Shown: positions 27,098-36,953, counted from the stretch's first letter. The stretch: DNA of 64,000 nt from an uncultured virus (IMG/VR IMGVR_UViG_3300033066_000598) (IMGVR_UViG_3300033066_000598), one strand, 5' to 3'. The notes: generated from the sequence alone by a model not told the origin. Translations and numbers: made by a program.

Positions 27098-28133
27098 CGT
27101 TGCGATCGACGCAATTTTCAAACTACCCGACGATACGATCGTCAGCCTGTTTCGCCGCCTTCCGGAGAAGGGCGCGCATTGGCCGCTCGACCAGCGCATG
27201 CTGTGGCTGCAGGCGATGGAGTCGGTGCTGCACATGGTCTACGGGCCGGTGGAGACGATCGACGTATCGGGCTTGTTGCCGGTCCAGCGCAAAGCCGCCG
27301 GCGAGCTGGTCGACGGCCTTGCCGAAGAAAACGCGCGGCGCACGAAAAGTTCTGTCGAGCCGACGGACGAGGCTATGGCGCGTGACGCTGTCGCAGCGGG
27401 TGGGAGCGGCAATGGCGCCGCGGAAACCACGGAAGCGCCAGCGAAGCCGGCGGTGGGAAGCGAGCGGTCGAGCTCGACAGAAACCACCCCGCGCAAGAAT
27501 GTTGGGGGGGCGCCGTCAAAAGCAGGTCGGCCTCCGGATATTCCCGCCAATCTGGCGATGGCTGTTGAATGTATTGCGAAGAAGGGGCCGAGCTCGGCGC
27601 CGCAGATCCGCGAGTGGGCCCGCAAGAAGTACTGGCCGGGAATGCCTGAAAGCTGGACCGCTGTTTTGTACGACTTCGTCAAGACCGGAAAGCTTGCGCG
27701 CAGCGGATTGAATTTTGTTTTGCCGCGCGAGAAGGCGCCGATGCCTCCGGTGGCAACGCCGATCGACCCAAGCAAGCAGGGCTTTCCTCCCAAGCGCGAG
27801 GTAACGGTGCCGGCTGTGCGCAAGCCGAGATTGCCGGCGGAAAATCCTGTACTTGCTGCGCGGCTGCAGGCCTTCACGTTCAAGCATGGCGACAAGTCAG
27901 CGATGCTGTCGACGACGCAGCAGCTGCTGGTCGCAAACCGGTTGCTTCAGGTGAAGGGGCAGCACGTCGGCGAAGCTTTCCTTGCCGAGAAGGCGTATGG
28001 ATCGAACACAGAACGATACCGCGAGCAGGTAAAGGCGCTGGCGCTTGGTCTCAACGGGCCGCTGTTCGATTTGGGCCTGAAGGTGACGTACTACCCGGGC
28101 CATGGTCTCATGATGCGGGAGATCGAGGGGTGA
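27072..28133 (+). CDS. hypothetical protein with wHTH-like segments
   Basis: LF..LP..G..W....R..WL.A....L..VY N-terminal motif; start position uncertain. Confidence 0.6.
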   Translation: MTNRSGSGDVAIDAIFKLPDDTIVSLFRRLPEKGAHWPLDQRMLWLQAMESVLHMVYGPVETIDVSGLLPVQRKAAGELVDGLAEENARRTKSSVEPTDEAMARDAVAAGGSGNGAAETTEAPAKPAVGSERSSSTETTPRKNVGGAPSKAGRPPDIPANLAMAVECIAKKGPSSAPQIREWARKKYWPGMPESWTAVLYDFVKTGKLARSGLNFVLPREKAPMPPVATPIDPSKQGFPPKREVTVPAVRKPRLPAENPVLAARLQAFTFKHGDKSAMLSTTQQLLVANRLLQVKGQHVGEAFLAEKAYGSNTERYREQVKALALGLNGPLFDLGLKVTYYPGHGLMMREIEG

Positions 28134-28720
28134 CGACGCACACGTTCTTCGCGCCGCTACAGCTGCGATCGGTCGATCTTCTCGTGATCGACTATCCGTG
28201 GCCGTGGCGAACGTACAGCGAGGAAGGCCGGAAGAAGACGCCGCAGTACGACACTATGGAGCTGCGCGAGATCGAGAGCACGCGACCAGAAGACCTGCTG
28301 ACACCGAAGGGTGTTGCGTTCTTTTGGGTGACATGGCCGCTGATCGCCAAGCAGTCGCGCATCATCGAAGACGTGTTCGGGCTGGAAGTGAGAACCGGCG
28401 GTGCCTGGTCGAAGCGATCGCGCACCGGCAAGCTGCGATGGGGGCCGGGACATATCGTGCGCACCGTTTGCGAGCCGTACCTGATCGCCGCGCGCAAGGG
28501 GCACGGCTTTCGGGGGCGCGACATGAAGAACCTGCTGGAAACCTTTGGCGAGCGCGAGCTGCCGGGACTGGCGCGCGAGAACAGCCGCAAGCCGGATGAG
28601 TTTTACAGCGAGCTCGAGCGGCTGACGCCGAGCTATCGCCGTGCGGACATCTTCGCGCGTCAGTCGCGCGACGGGTGGACGACCTGGGGCCGCGAGAAGA
28701 CCAAGTTCGACAGGAAGTGA
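28130..28720 (+). CDS. MT-A70-family adenine methyltransferase
   Basis: D(Y)PW, Y.TM...EI, F.WVT, W.K.....G.G...R..CE..L, R.NSRKP, .IFAR..R.GW..WG.E. Confidence 0.85.
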   Translation: MTTHTFFAPLQLRSVDLLVIDYPWPWRTYSEEGRKKTPQYDTMELREIESTRPEDLLTPKGVAFFWVTWPLIAKQSRIIEDVFGLEVRTGGAWSKRSRTGKLRWGPGHIVRTVCEPYLIAARKGHGFRGRDMKNLLETFGERELPGLARENSRKPDEFYSELERLTPSYRRADIFARQSRDGWTTWGREKTKFDRK

Positions 28721-28728
28721 CGCCGCAA

Positions 28729-31230
28729 ATGGCATTCGACCCGCGCGACATCGAGGAGATCAAGTCACGGCTGACGATCAGCAGCGTGATCGCTTCGCAT
28801 ATGCAGCTGGTGAAAAAGGGCGCGGGCGAGTGGGTGCAGAAGGGCAATGAGTCTTTCACGGTCAACGACAAAAAAGGCCTGTGGTGCGAATTCGGGAGCG
28901 GTGGCGATGGCAAAGGGCACGACGTCTTCGAATTTCTCACGACATACGCGGGCCTTGACTTCCCGACGGCGGTCGAAGAATGCGCCAAGCTTGCCGGCGT
29001 CGATGTTTCCAAAGCCAAGCAAAACGGAGCTCGACGCGCTGCGCCTTCGTCTGATCGAGCTGACGCTTCACGAGCACCCCGCACTCGATCTCGTGCAGGC
29101 GCAGAAGAAGATTCGGGAGGAGCTGGAAACGATCGGCTTAATGGAAGTTCACACGATGCTGCAGAGGATGCCGAGCGCGTTTCCCGCAGCCCTGCTGCGG
29201 CCGGTACAAAAGAAATAGTCCGCGAGTGGGATTACCGCGATCTCGAAAACAATCTGCTCTATCAGGTGGTGCGCGTGCAGGAGCGCATGGCCGACGGCGA
29301 GTGGCGCAAGAACGCTGCCGGCAAGCCATGGAAGACATTCTGGCAGCGCAGGCCTGCTGGTGATGGTGCTTGGATTTTGGGGCTCGACGTTCTCGATCGA
29401 GAGACCGGCGAGCCGATCGAATTCGTCAAGCCTGCAAGACGCGATGTGTGGCTCAAAGCCACCGAAGACCGGCTGAAGTGGAAGAACGTCACCGTCGGCA
29501 CATTCGCCGATCTCGGCAACGTCGAGCACTGGCTCTACAACGCCAACGCTGTCATCGACGAGCTGCAGGAGCCGAAGGACGACCAGCGGCCGATCTTCCT
29601 GCCTGAAGGCGAAGGCAAGGTCGATGTGCTGATCGAGTGGGGCCTGCTCGCCGTCACTAATTCGGGCGGAGCAAAGCACTTCACCGAAGCTTGCGCCGAA
29701 TTCTTCCGCGGCGCGCGCCACGTCATCCTGCTGCAGGACAATGATCGTGCGGGCGCCGAGCGTGTGGCGAAGATCGCGCCGATGCTGAAGGCGGTCGGCG
29801 TCGACCTGGTGCAGGCCCTCAACTTCAAAGATGTTTGGCCGAAGTGTCCGATCAAGGGCGACGTCAAGGACTGGCGCGACAACGGCGGCACGAAACAGGA
29901 GTTGCTCGACATCGTCGACGGCTTGAAGCCGTGGGAGCCGGAGCCGTACCGATCGAAGTTCGGCGCGAAGACCGCGGCCGATCTGTCGGCGCCGGCGCGC
30001 GCCTATCCATGGCGCATCAAGGGCATTCTGCCCATGCACGACAACGTGCTGCTGATGGGGCCGAGCCGTTCGGGCAAGACGTTTGAAGCGCTCGACATGC
30101 TGATGCACATTCACGACGGCAAGGACTTTGCCGGGCACAAGACGATCGCCGGCGGCATCATCTATCTGACGTTCGAAGGTGCCACTGGTTTCGAGAACCG
30201 CGTGCGCGCCTATCTGGCGCATCACGGCAAGACGGCCGCCGACCTGCATTCGTTTGCGTGGGTGACGCGGCCTCCGAATCTGTACGCCACCGAAGACAAC
30301 GCGAAGGCGCTGGCAAAAGAGATTGCGGAGATTGCGCAAAGTTTCCGGCTGCCGCTGGCGGCAATCGTGATCGACACTCACAACGCGGCGACGCGGGGGT
30401 CGAGCGAGATCAAGTCGGAAGACATCAATCGTATTCTCGAAAACTACCAGATCCTCACCGACACCTGTCACGCGCCGCTTATCATCATCGGCCACACGAA
30501 TGCCGAAGGAAAGCACCGTGGCAGTGAGCTCCTGTTCAACAACATTGAAGCGGCGATCCTGGTTGAGCGCGTGGTGCTCGATGCAAAGAGGGGGACGGAG
30601 AAGCGCGACGACAACGGCCGCGTCATTCGCCGCGGCGTCATTCGAAAGCAGCGCGAGGGCGACGATCATCTGCAGTGGGAATTCGTGCTCGAGCCCGTGG
30701 TGATAGGCAAGGACGAAGACGGCGACGATATTATTTCGATGGTCTCGACGGAGCCCGCGCAGAATGTGCCTTCCGACGTCGTGACAAACCGGCGCGACAA
30801 GCCGGAGGGCTATTATCTCAACGACACCGAAGTGCAGCAGTTCAAGGCGCTGCTGAAGTCGATCGAGGATAGCGGAATCACGGCACCGCCGGACCTGCAG
30901 CTGCCGGCGATGACTCGAGTCGTGCGCACCACCGATCTCGGCTCGGAGTATCGCAAGGTCAACTCGCGCGGCGATCGCGAAGACCCGGGCAAGTATGCAA
31001 ACCGAATCAAGGCAACGCTCACTCGCTTTAAGGTGAAGCTGTCGAACGTCAACGTCATCGTCGTGCGCGAAGCGCCCGACCCCAACGGAGGAACCGCGCA
31101 TTTTATTTGGCCGACCGGCCGGCGCGTGTATGGTCGCGGTCTGCAATGGCCGCCGTTGCCGAAGCCGAAGCCTGAAGCGAAGCCGTTACTCGCCGCCGGC
31201 GAGAAGGCCGGCGACGAAATGCCGTTCTAG
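28729..31230 (+). CDS. primase-helicase (DnaG-like N-terminus, Toprim, AAA_25/RepA-type helicase)
   Basis: IEEIKSR..I..VI; EGEGK.D, QDND..G Toprim; GPSRSGKT Walker A, VIDT, IIGHT. Confidence 0.9.
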   Translation: MAFDPRDIEEIKSRLTISSVIASHMQLVKKGAGEWVQKGNESFTVNDKKGLWCEFGSGGDGKGHDVFEFLTTYAGLDFPTAVEECAKLAGVDVSKAKQNGARRAAPSSDRADASRAPRTRSRAGAEEDSGGAGNDRLNGSSHDAAEDAERVSRSPAAAGTKEIVREWDYRDLENNLLYQVVRVQERMADGEWRKNAAGKPWKTFWQRRPAGDGAWILGLDVLDRETGEPIEFVKPARRDVWLKATEDRLKWKNVTVGTFADLGNVEHWLYNANAVIDELQEPKDDQRPIFLPEGEGKVDVLIEWGLLAVTNSGGAKHFTEACAEFFRGARHVILLQDNDRAGAERVAKIAPMLKAVGVDLVQALNFKDVWPKCPIKGDVKDWRDNGGTKQELLDIVDGLKPWEPEPYRSKFGAKTAADLSAPARAYPWRIKGILPMHDNVLLMGPSRSGKTFEALDMLMHIHDGKDFAGHKTIAGGIIYLTFEGATGFENRVRAYLAHHGKTAADLHSFAWVTRPPNLYATEDNAKALAKEIAEIAQSFRLPLAAIVIDTHNAATRGSSEIKSEDINRILENYQILTDTCHAPLIIIGHTNAEGKHRGSELLFNNIEAAILVERVVLDAKRGTEKRDDNGRVIRRGVIRKQREGDDHLQWEFVLEPVVIGKDEDGDDIISMVSTEPAQNVPSDVVTNRRDKPEGYYLNDTEVQQFKALLKSIEDSGITAPPDLQLPAMTRVVRTTDLGSEYRKVNSRGDREDPGKYANRIKATLTRFKVKLSNVNVIVVREAPDPNGGTAHFIWPTGRRVYGRGLQWPPLPKPKPEAKPLLAAGEKAGDEMPF

Positions 31231-31249
31231 GAGCAGGGAAGTGCATTTG

Positions 31250-32083
31250 ATGGTCGACAAGAAGAAACCAGCGGACCCCGACGTTCTCCGGGCACGCAAG
31301 GAACGTCGACTCGAAAACGAGGCCGAGTACAAGAAGCTTGGCCGATACCGGCGCCGGCACAAAGAACGGCTGAAGGATGGCCGCGACTGGCCGCTGCAGG
31401 TGGACTCGAGCGGCCATATCGACAAGGCCGACGTCGATCCTGACGACGTGCGCGCGCCGTTGCCCGAAGACATGAAGGCGCCGGTCGGCAACGTTGACGA
31501 CGCCATGCAGAAACTGCGGAAGGAAGCCGACCAGCTGCAGGCGTTCGAAGGCGACACTGTGCCGGTCGATCCTGGCGTGCTGGCTCGCCGGCGGGCGGAG
31601 CGCGCGGCCGAGCTCGACCATCGTCAGCGGGTGCGCGGGCCGACATGGACCGAAGACCTGGTGGAGGAGCGGTTGACCGAAGCCTATCGCGTGCTGTTCC
31701 GCGCGAGTGTCGCCGGTACCGGGCCGCGCGCGTTCGGCAACGCCATGCCGAAGATCGTGCGCGAAGTGTCCGACCTGGTGCACCAAGCCGGCAACAAATC
31801 GCTGCGCAACGCGATTGCGCACCGCTTCAAGGATCTGCCGTCGATCGAGGAAGTACGCCGCGCTGACGAAGCGCTCGGATGGGCGCTAACGTATCTGCGC
31901 GACCAAGATCCTGACCTTGCCGGCTTCGTGTCGCTCGGCGCCATGTGGAAGGCGTGGGGAGCGAAGATAAACCAGAAGTGCCGCGACATCGGCGTGCACC
32001 GGCAGGTGTTCTATCGAGACCGCAAAGAGGCAATCAAGCTGGTCGTGCAGGGCCTGCTGCGCGACGGAAAGGCACCGACATGA
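31250..32083 (+). CDS. DUF6362-like putative late regulator/antiterminator
   Basis: WT.DLVEERL.EA..VL motif, P...EV....EAL.W, C-terminal HTH; follows the replication gene. Confidence 0.55.
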   Translation: MVDKKKPADPDVLRARKERRLENEAEYKKLGRYRRRHKERLKDGRDWPLQVDSSGHIDKADVDPDDVRAPLPEDMKAPVGNVDDAMQKLRKEADQLQAFEGDTVPVDPGVLARRRAERAAELDHRQRVRGPTWTEDLVEERLTEAYRVLFRASVAGTGPRAFGNAMPKIVREVSDLVHQAGNKSLRNAIAHRFKDLPSIEEVRRADEALGWALTYLRDQDPDLAGFVSLGAMWKAWGAKINQKCRDIGVHRQVFYRDRKEAIKLVVQGLLRDGKAPT

Positions 32084-32466
32084 CACTCAATAGCCAGCGA
32101 GTAATGATCGACTATACCAATCACGCCGGCGTCCGCGCCGTCCGCGAGATTATCCCTTTGCTCAACGGTTTTCGCTTTGGCTTCACCGACTGGCACCACG
32201 AGCCGCAATGGCTGCTCGATGCGCACGACGTCGCCAAGGACGACATGCGAACCTTCGCCGTGAAGGACATTCACGATTGGGCACCGTCGGAGTCCGCAAG
32301 CGGCCGCGCCATGGCGTCGGTCGCCAAGCAGCTGCAGGCCTCGATCGAGCGCAACGCGCGGATGGTCACGCGGCTGAAGAAGCTGCAGGCGACGTTCGCC
32401 GACGGCGAGAGCGAGACCGTGCAGCAGATCGCCGCCATTCTCAAAGATGAGGAGCCAACATGGTGA
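32080..32466 (+). CDS. standalone WYL-domain protein
   Basis: IDYTN..G....REI.P...FG.T.WH.EPQWLL.A.D..K...RTFA..DI. Confidence 0.8.
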   Translation: MTLNSQRVMIDYTNHAGVRAVREIIPLLNGFRFGFTDWHHEPQWLLDAHDVAKDDMRTFAVKDIHDWAPSESASGRAMASVAKQLQASIERNARMVTRLKKLQATFADGESETVQQIAAILKDEEPTW

Positions 32467-32609
32467 AGTGGCTGTGGTGCGTCTTGTTCCACCGATGGAC
32501 GCAATACGACGCCGTGCGCTACGGCGCCGGCGAGCTCGACGTCGAAGTTGAGAAGGTGTGCTACTGTCTGACCTGTGGCAGGGACCGCCCGTCATGGCTG
32601 CGCGCCTAG
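32460..32609 (+). CDS. small Zn-binding protein
   Basis: MVKWLWCVLFHRW...C..CG, read by hand. Confidence 0.55.
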   Translation: MVKWLWCVLFHRWTQYDAVRYGAGELDVEVEKVCYCLTCGRDRPSWLRA

Positions 32610-33073
32610 TTCCGGAGGGCGGCTGGCAGCCCCGCCTGAAGCCAATGAGGACGCCGCGGGTGAAGAACGACCGGCACCGCCAGTTCATCAAGTCGCTGCC
32701 TTGCGTGTGCTGCCTGGTGCAGGGCATCGAACAGCAGGCTGACGACCCCATGCATCTGCGCGACGGTTCGGACCTGCACGGCAAGGAAGCGGCCGGGGGC
32801 GGACAGACCAGCGACGACCGGTGGACGCTACCGGGCTGCCGGCCGCACCACAACGAGGAGATCCATGCCGGCAACGAGCTGGTGTTCTGGCGCCGGTACG
32901 GGATCGACCCGTTCCTGCTGGCGCTGACCCTGTGGGGCCTGACCGGGAACCATTGGGGGGCCGTGCAGGTGCTCCGCCTTCATGCGGCGCGCGCCGGGGC
33001 CTACCGGGAGGGCCTGAAGCTGCTAGGTCTCCCTGTGGCTGATTCCGCAACGGACGCACAGGCGGCTTCCTAA
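32594..33073 (+). CDS. DUF968-like HNH-related protein
   Basis: H..FIKSLPCVCC...H.R.G.......D.WTLP.C..HH....H..NE..FW..YGIDP. Confidence 0.75.
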   Translation: MAARLVPEGGWQPRLKPMRTPRVKNDRHRQFIKSLPCVCCLVQGIEQQADDPMHLRDGSDLHGKEAAGGGQTSDDRWTLPGCRPHHNEEIHAGNELVFWRRYGIDPFLLALTLWGLTGNHWGAVQVLRLHAARAGAYREGLKLLGLPVADSATDAQAAS

Positions 33074-33188
33074 TGGCCGGCAAACGGCCTTCCAGTGTCG
33101 CCGGAACAGGACAAAGTTGCCGCTGAAGACAAAAAAATCTCGACAAAATGTTAACCCCATTGAATTTGCATCATTTTCCGGGTGACTT

Positions 33189-33240
33189 CGTACCCGCGTA
33201 CCCGGCTCCGTACCCCTGTCCGTAACCGGTTTTCGTAACC
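33189..33240. repeat. five tandem CGTA(A/C)CC iteron-like repeats
   Basis: Copies at 33189, 33197, 33209, 33221, 33234, flanked by AT-rich sequence and TTGACA at 33258. Confidence 0.7.
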
Positions 33241-33326
33241 GGTGGTCGGTTGCATTTTTGACATTTTCTGACACCCAATGCGCACGCGAGCCCCGAAGGG
33301 GGTATTGCGTCGGCTTGGACCGCCGA

Positions 33327-33357
33327 AGGCCTCCCGGGCGACCGTGGGGGCCTTTTT
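33327..33357 (+). terminator. intrinsic terminator
   Basis: AAGGCCTCC...GGGGGCCTTTTT. Confidence 0.7.
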
Positions 33358-33377
33358 CGTGGCAGGGGAACCGTGGA

Positions 33378-33806
33378 ATGGGGGAGCAAAAGACGCCGTC
33401 CGACACCGATCGGATTGCGAAGCTGGAACATCTGGTCGCCGAGCAGGCCCGCACGATCGCGTGGATGCAGCGGCTCGGCGGATTCACCGACGCCAAGACG
33501 ATCGGCGTCCGGTGCGCACGCATCGAGAAACGCGTGGAGCTGCTCGAGCTCGACGGCGAGATGCTGAAGGACGTGGTCGGGCTGCAGCAGGGCCTGGTCG
33601 AGCACCATCTGAAGGACCGCCACGACCTGGCGGCCGGCTTCGATCGCGACGACTCGCCCGACGTGATCCCCTGGCGCCGCATTCGCAAACGCCTGCGCGA
33701 GTGGGCGGAGAAGCGCGGTTTGATGGCTGCGCGCCGCGACGTGTCCGACGTGCGTAAGGATGAGAACCGCGCGCGGCCTCGCCAAGGCTCGGCGGTGCCG
33801 GCATGA
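33378..33806 (+). CDS. hypothetical coiled-coil protein
   Basis: MGEQKT start; ATGA coupling downstream. Confidence 0.6.
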   Translation: MGEQKTPSDTDRIAKLEHLVAEQARTIAWMQRLGGFTDAKTIGVRCARIEKRVELLELDGEMLKDVVGLQQGLVEHHLKDRHDLAAGFDRDDSPDVIPWRRIRKRLREWAEKRGLMAARRDVSDVRKDENRARPRQGSAVPA

Positions 33807-33970
33807 ATGTGGTACCGTTCCCAACCGATCGCGGGGTGTGGCACATGTTGCCAGCGCCCGGAGAGGAGCCGCGTTCAGCGGTGATTTTGATTTTGCCGGT
33901 GGTGCGCGTCGATCGAGACGACGGCACACCGGCGCCGCATCGCAAGCGCAGGCGCGGCGATGGCAAGTAA
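33803..33970 (+). CDS. small hypothetical protein
   Basis: MNVVPFP...AVILILPVVRVDR, read by hand. Confidence 0.5.
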   Translation: MNVVPFPTDRGVWHMLPAPGEEPRSAVILILPVVRVDRDDGTPAPHRKRRRGDGK

Positions 33971-35288
33971 GATTTCAGAGGGCCGGCGCGGGAGCCGCGG
34001 TGCAAAGCGCCGGGCAGGTGTAAAACCCGACGCCGGCCAACCTTTTAAGCTGAAGTTCGCGGCAACCGACGTCGTCATGCGCGACCCGCAAGAGCTGAAG
34101 CCGTTCCCGAACAATCCGAAGATCCACACGACGAAACAAGTCGACGCGATCGCGGCGAACATCACCGAATTCGGTTTCGACCAGCCCGTGCTGATCGACG
34201 AGGCCGACCTGGTGCTGAAAGGGCACGGCCGGCGCCTGGCTGCCATCAAAGTCGGGTGCCTGGTGCCGACGGTGACGCGCAGGGGCCTCACCGAAGACCA
34301 GAAGCTTGCGATCGTCATCAGCGACAACGCGCTGCCGGCAATGACGGGTTTCGACCAGCGGCTGCTGAAGCCGCAGCTGACGCATCTTGCGAAGGTCGAC
34401 TTCCCGCTGCACCTGACCGGCTTCGACAACATCCGCCTTGCTACGTTCGGCGTGAACGTCGGCAACGCCGGCGCCGGCGGAGACCCTGACGACGAGGGCG
34501 AGCTACAGGAGCGCGTCGTATCGGCGCGCGGCGACATCTGGCTGCTCGGCGAGCACCGCTTGATGTGCGGTGACTCCAGCAACGGCAAGACGGTCGAGAA
34601 GCTGCTCGGCGACGACGACCCGCAGCTGATGGCCACCGACCCGCCGTACAAGTACGAGCACGACCGCAACGGCGGCGGCATCTATCGCAAGCCGTCGACG
34701 TCGCAGGCCAAGAAGATTATCGCCGCCGGCGTCGACAAGTTCGAAGTGTCGAAGCTGTGCGAGCTCCGCGAGACGAATGTCATCTTCACGTCGAAGGAGC
34801 TCGTGCCCGACTATCTCAACCTGGCGATCGAGCGCCGGTTGAAATGGGACTTGGCGGTGCTGCACCGACAGGCTGCGCTGCCGGCGCACAACGGCCACCT
34901 GATTCCGGATCTCGACTACGTGCTGATCATTGGCGCGCAAGCGCCGAAGCCCGGACTCGAGACGGCCGACTACAGCAAGCTTTTCTCGACGGGGCATTGG
35001 GAGCGGCCGGTGCCGTGGGCGAAGCCCGTTGCGCTAATGCAGCGCATCCTTCGCCTCTACAGCGCCGCCGGCGACGCGGTGTTCGAACCGTACTGCGGCA
35101 GCGGCACGACGATGCTTGCGGCGGAGACGCTCGGCCGGCGGTGCCTGGCAATCGAGCTCGCGCCCGAATACGTCGACCTGGCTGTGCGGCGATGGCAGAC
35201 GTTCACGAAAATGCCGGCCACCTTGCAGGCGACCGGCAAATCGTTCGATCAGGTTGCGCGGGAGCGCTCTAAGAAACGCGCCGCGTAA
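33960..35288 (+). CDS. ParB-N domain / N6-N4 DNA methyltransferase fusion
   Basis: L.P.P.NP..H...Q...I...I..FGF..P, GHGR..AA; GD.W.LG.HRL.CGDS; TDPPY; EPYCGSGTT. Confidence 0.92.
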   Translation: MASKISEGRRGSRGAKRRAGVKPDAGQPFKLKFAATDVVMRDPQELKPFPNNPKIHTTKQVDAIAANITEFGFDQPVLIDEADLVLKGHGRRLAAIKVGCLVPTVTRRGLTEDQKLAIVISDNALPAMTGFDQRLLKPQLTHLAKVDFPLHLTGFDNIRLATFGVNVGNAGAGGDPDDEGELQERVVSARGDIWLLGEHRLMCGDSSNGKTVEKLLGDDDPQLMATDPPYKYEHDRNGGGIYRKPSTSQAKKIIAAGVDKFEVSKLCELRETNVIFTSKELVPDYLNLAIERRLKWDLAVLHRQAALPAHNGHLIPDLDYVLIIGAQAPKPGLETADYSKLFSTGHWERPVPWAKPVALMQRILRLYSAAGDAVFEPYCGSGTTMLAAETLGRRCLAIELAPEYVDLAVRRWQTFTKMPATLQATGKSFDQVARERSKKRAA

Positions 35289-35505
35289 GCTGCGCCAGAT
35301 CGAGGAAGGCTTCGAACCGCTTCTCGACTTCTAGCTTCGCGAGGCTAACGCTGTTGGCTCGGCTTTCGACGGGGTTCATGTTCTTGGTGACCCACACGCG
35401 AAAGCGAACCATCCTTTTTGTGGTCGACAGAAAGATCGCGCCGACGGCGGCTTCGCCGCAATAGGCGACGACGCGATCTCCATCTTGGCGCCAGTCCAAA
35501 GTCAC
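35269..35505 (-). CDS. hypothetical protein
   Basis: GAGGAGG RBS, GTGA overlap. Confidence 0.55.
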   Translation of the reverse strand: MTLDWRQDGDRVVAYCGEAAVGAIFLSTTKRMVRFRVWVTKNMNPVESRANSVSLAKLEVEKRFEAFLDLAQLTRRVS

Positions 35506-35702
35506 GCCGCCTCCTCGATCTTGTAGACCGTCGGCTTGTCGCCGACCTTCGACTTGGTGATGGTCATCGGCATGCGCGACAGGAAGGCGCGCGCGCTGTG
35601 CGCGAGCATTCCGGTCTTCTCGCAAATCTGCTCGACGGTCGCGCCGGTCTTGCGCTTCAAAAGCTTGGCGACTTCCAGCTTGCGGCCTTTCAGTTCAGTC
35701 AT
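35502..35702 (-). CDS. DUF3489-like winged-helix protein
   Basis: LLKR..GAT..QI...TG...HS.RA.LS. Confidence 0.75.
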   Translation of the reverse strand: MTELKGRKLEVAKLLKRKTGATVEQICEKTGMLAHSARAFLSRMPMTITKSKVGDKPTVYKIEEAA

Positions 35703-35737
35703 GGTGGCTTCCCTTCGTGTTGTGGGCCGGAGCCCGG

Positions 35738-36289
35738 TTAAGAACGCTTCAGATAGTCGATCGCCTTGCGAAGCAGCTCGGGTGAATCCTTGAAGTGGCC
35801 GAGACCGATGTTACAGTTGTCGCAAAGCAGGCCGCGATACTTGCCGGTCTTATGGTTGTGGTCGATCTGCAGCCGCGCGCGGGGCGGCTTGCCGCAGATT
35901 GCGCATGACTTCTGCTTTTCCAGCGCAGCCATTATTAAATCTTTTTCGGTGTCGAGGCCGAGAAGCCTGATCGACTTGCGGATCAGTTGCAGGCGATAAA
36001 CAGGCTTATTGGCCTTTTCCTTTGCTCGGGCGATTGCCTTACGCGCACGCTTTTCTTCCGGTGATAAGGCAGCCCATCGAGCGCTTGTGTAAGCAGCTTC
36101 GCACTTCATGCAAACCGGCCGCGGTCGCGGTACTTTACGAGTGCGAATGCGGAACTGGTCGACCGGCTTTGTCTTGCGGCACTGCGTACAGCGTTTCGTC
36201 GCTGTCGGCGCATCACGGCATGTCCGGCATTGAAGCGAGCGATAGTCCTTCAGGCCGGTGCAGGTCGGGCATTTGGTTTTGGGTCTCAT
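35738..36289 (-). CDS. endonuclease VII-type HNH nuclease
   Basis: K.CT.C...KP..QF; Q...CAICG...L.IDH.H.TG..RGLLC..CN.GLG.FKD. Confidence 0.88.
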   Translation of the reverse strand: MRPKTKCPTCTGLKDYRSLQCRTCRDAPTATKRCTQCRKTKPVDQFRIRTRKVPRPRPVCMKCEAAYTSARWAALSPEEKRARKAIARAKEKANKPVYRLQLIRKSIRLLGLDTEKDLIMAALEKQKSCAICGKPPRARLQIDHNHKTGKYRGLLCDNCNIGLGHFKDSPELLRKAIDYLKRS

Positions 36290-36717
36290 AGTCCCATCTT
36301 CTCCCGGCAGTCGGGCCCCAGGCCGATCTGAATCGATGTTGGATCCGTAAGCGGGCGACCGCAGCGGCCGCATTGTCCTTCGTGCCAAACTTCGCATTTC
36401 GGCGGGAGCTGCTTGGCGTCGCACAGGTGGGTGAAGGCGTAGCGGAAAGCCTTCACGCGCACGTCGTCGAAGTCGACGTCGGCCTTCTTGCCGCGGCTGA
36501 AGCTGCTGCCGTCGCGGATGACGCCGACGTTGGCGAAGTCGTTGCCGGTGCGAACGCTGACGAAGTGCAGCGAGCCGTGCTGCGCCTTCTTCCACTTGCG
36601 CACCTGAAACGTCAGGTGGTCGCCGGTGACTTCGCTTTTCAGCGTCACCGTGGCTTTGCCGGCGAGCAGGAAGGCGAGGGCACCTTCCGCGCTGTCGAGT
36701 TTGTGTCCGTCGGTCAT
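36286..36717 (-). CDS. DUF6011-like Zn-finger protein
   Basis: F..AGKAT.TL.S..TG.H.TF; HEG.CGRCGR.LTDP.SI..G.GP.C. Confidence 0.8.
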   Translation of the reverse strand: MTDGHKLDSAEGALAFLLAGKATVTLKSEVTGDHLTFQVRKWKKAQHGSLHFVSVRTGNDFANVGVIRDGSSFSRGKKADVDFDDVRVKAFRYAFTHLCDAKQLPPKCEVWHEGQCGRCGRPLTDPTSIQIGLGPDCREKMGL

Positions 36718-36953
36718 TGCTTGACGATCCTTTTCAGCACGTCGGATGAGCGCTCGCCCTTCTGGCGGGCAGTGTCGATCGCGTCCATGAGCGACCCGCT
36801 GATGATGATATTCCAGCGGCCGTCGGCGCGGGGCGCGGTTTGGGCAACCTTGATCTTGCCGGTAGCGACGATCGACTGATAGACGTCGGCTGCCACAGAG
36901 ATGCGGGTGAACGGCACCACGGGGCGCTCGGCAGGTTTGCGTTGGGCTTTCAT
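36714..36953 (-). CDS. hypothetical protein (possible RHH-like)
   Basis: C-terminal GE..SDVL.RI; ATGA coupling. Confidence 0.55.
   Translation of the reverse strand: MKAQRKPAERPVVPFTRISVAADVYQSIVATGKIKVAQTAPRADGRWNIIISGSLMDAIDTARQKGERSSDVLKRIVKQ

Noticed and set aside
33189..33240. Mini CRISPR array
   Set aside because: Repeats are 7 bp with 1-6 bp gaps; no spacer-length units and no cas genes.
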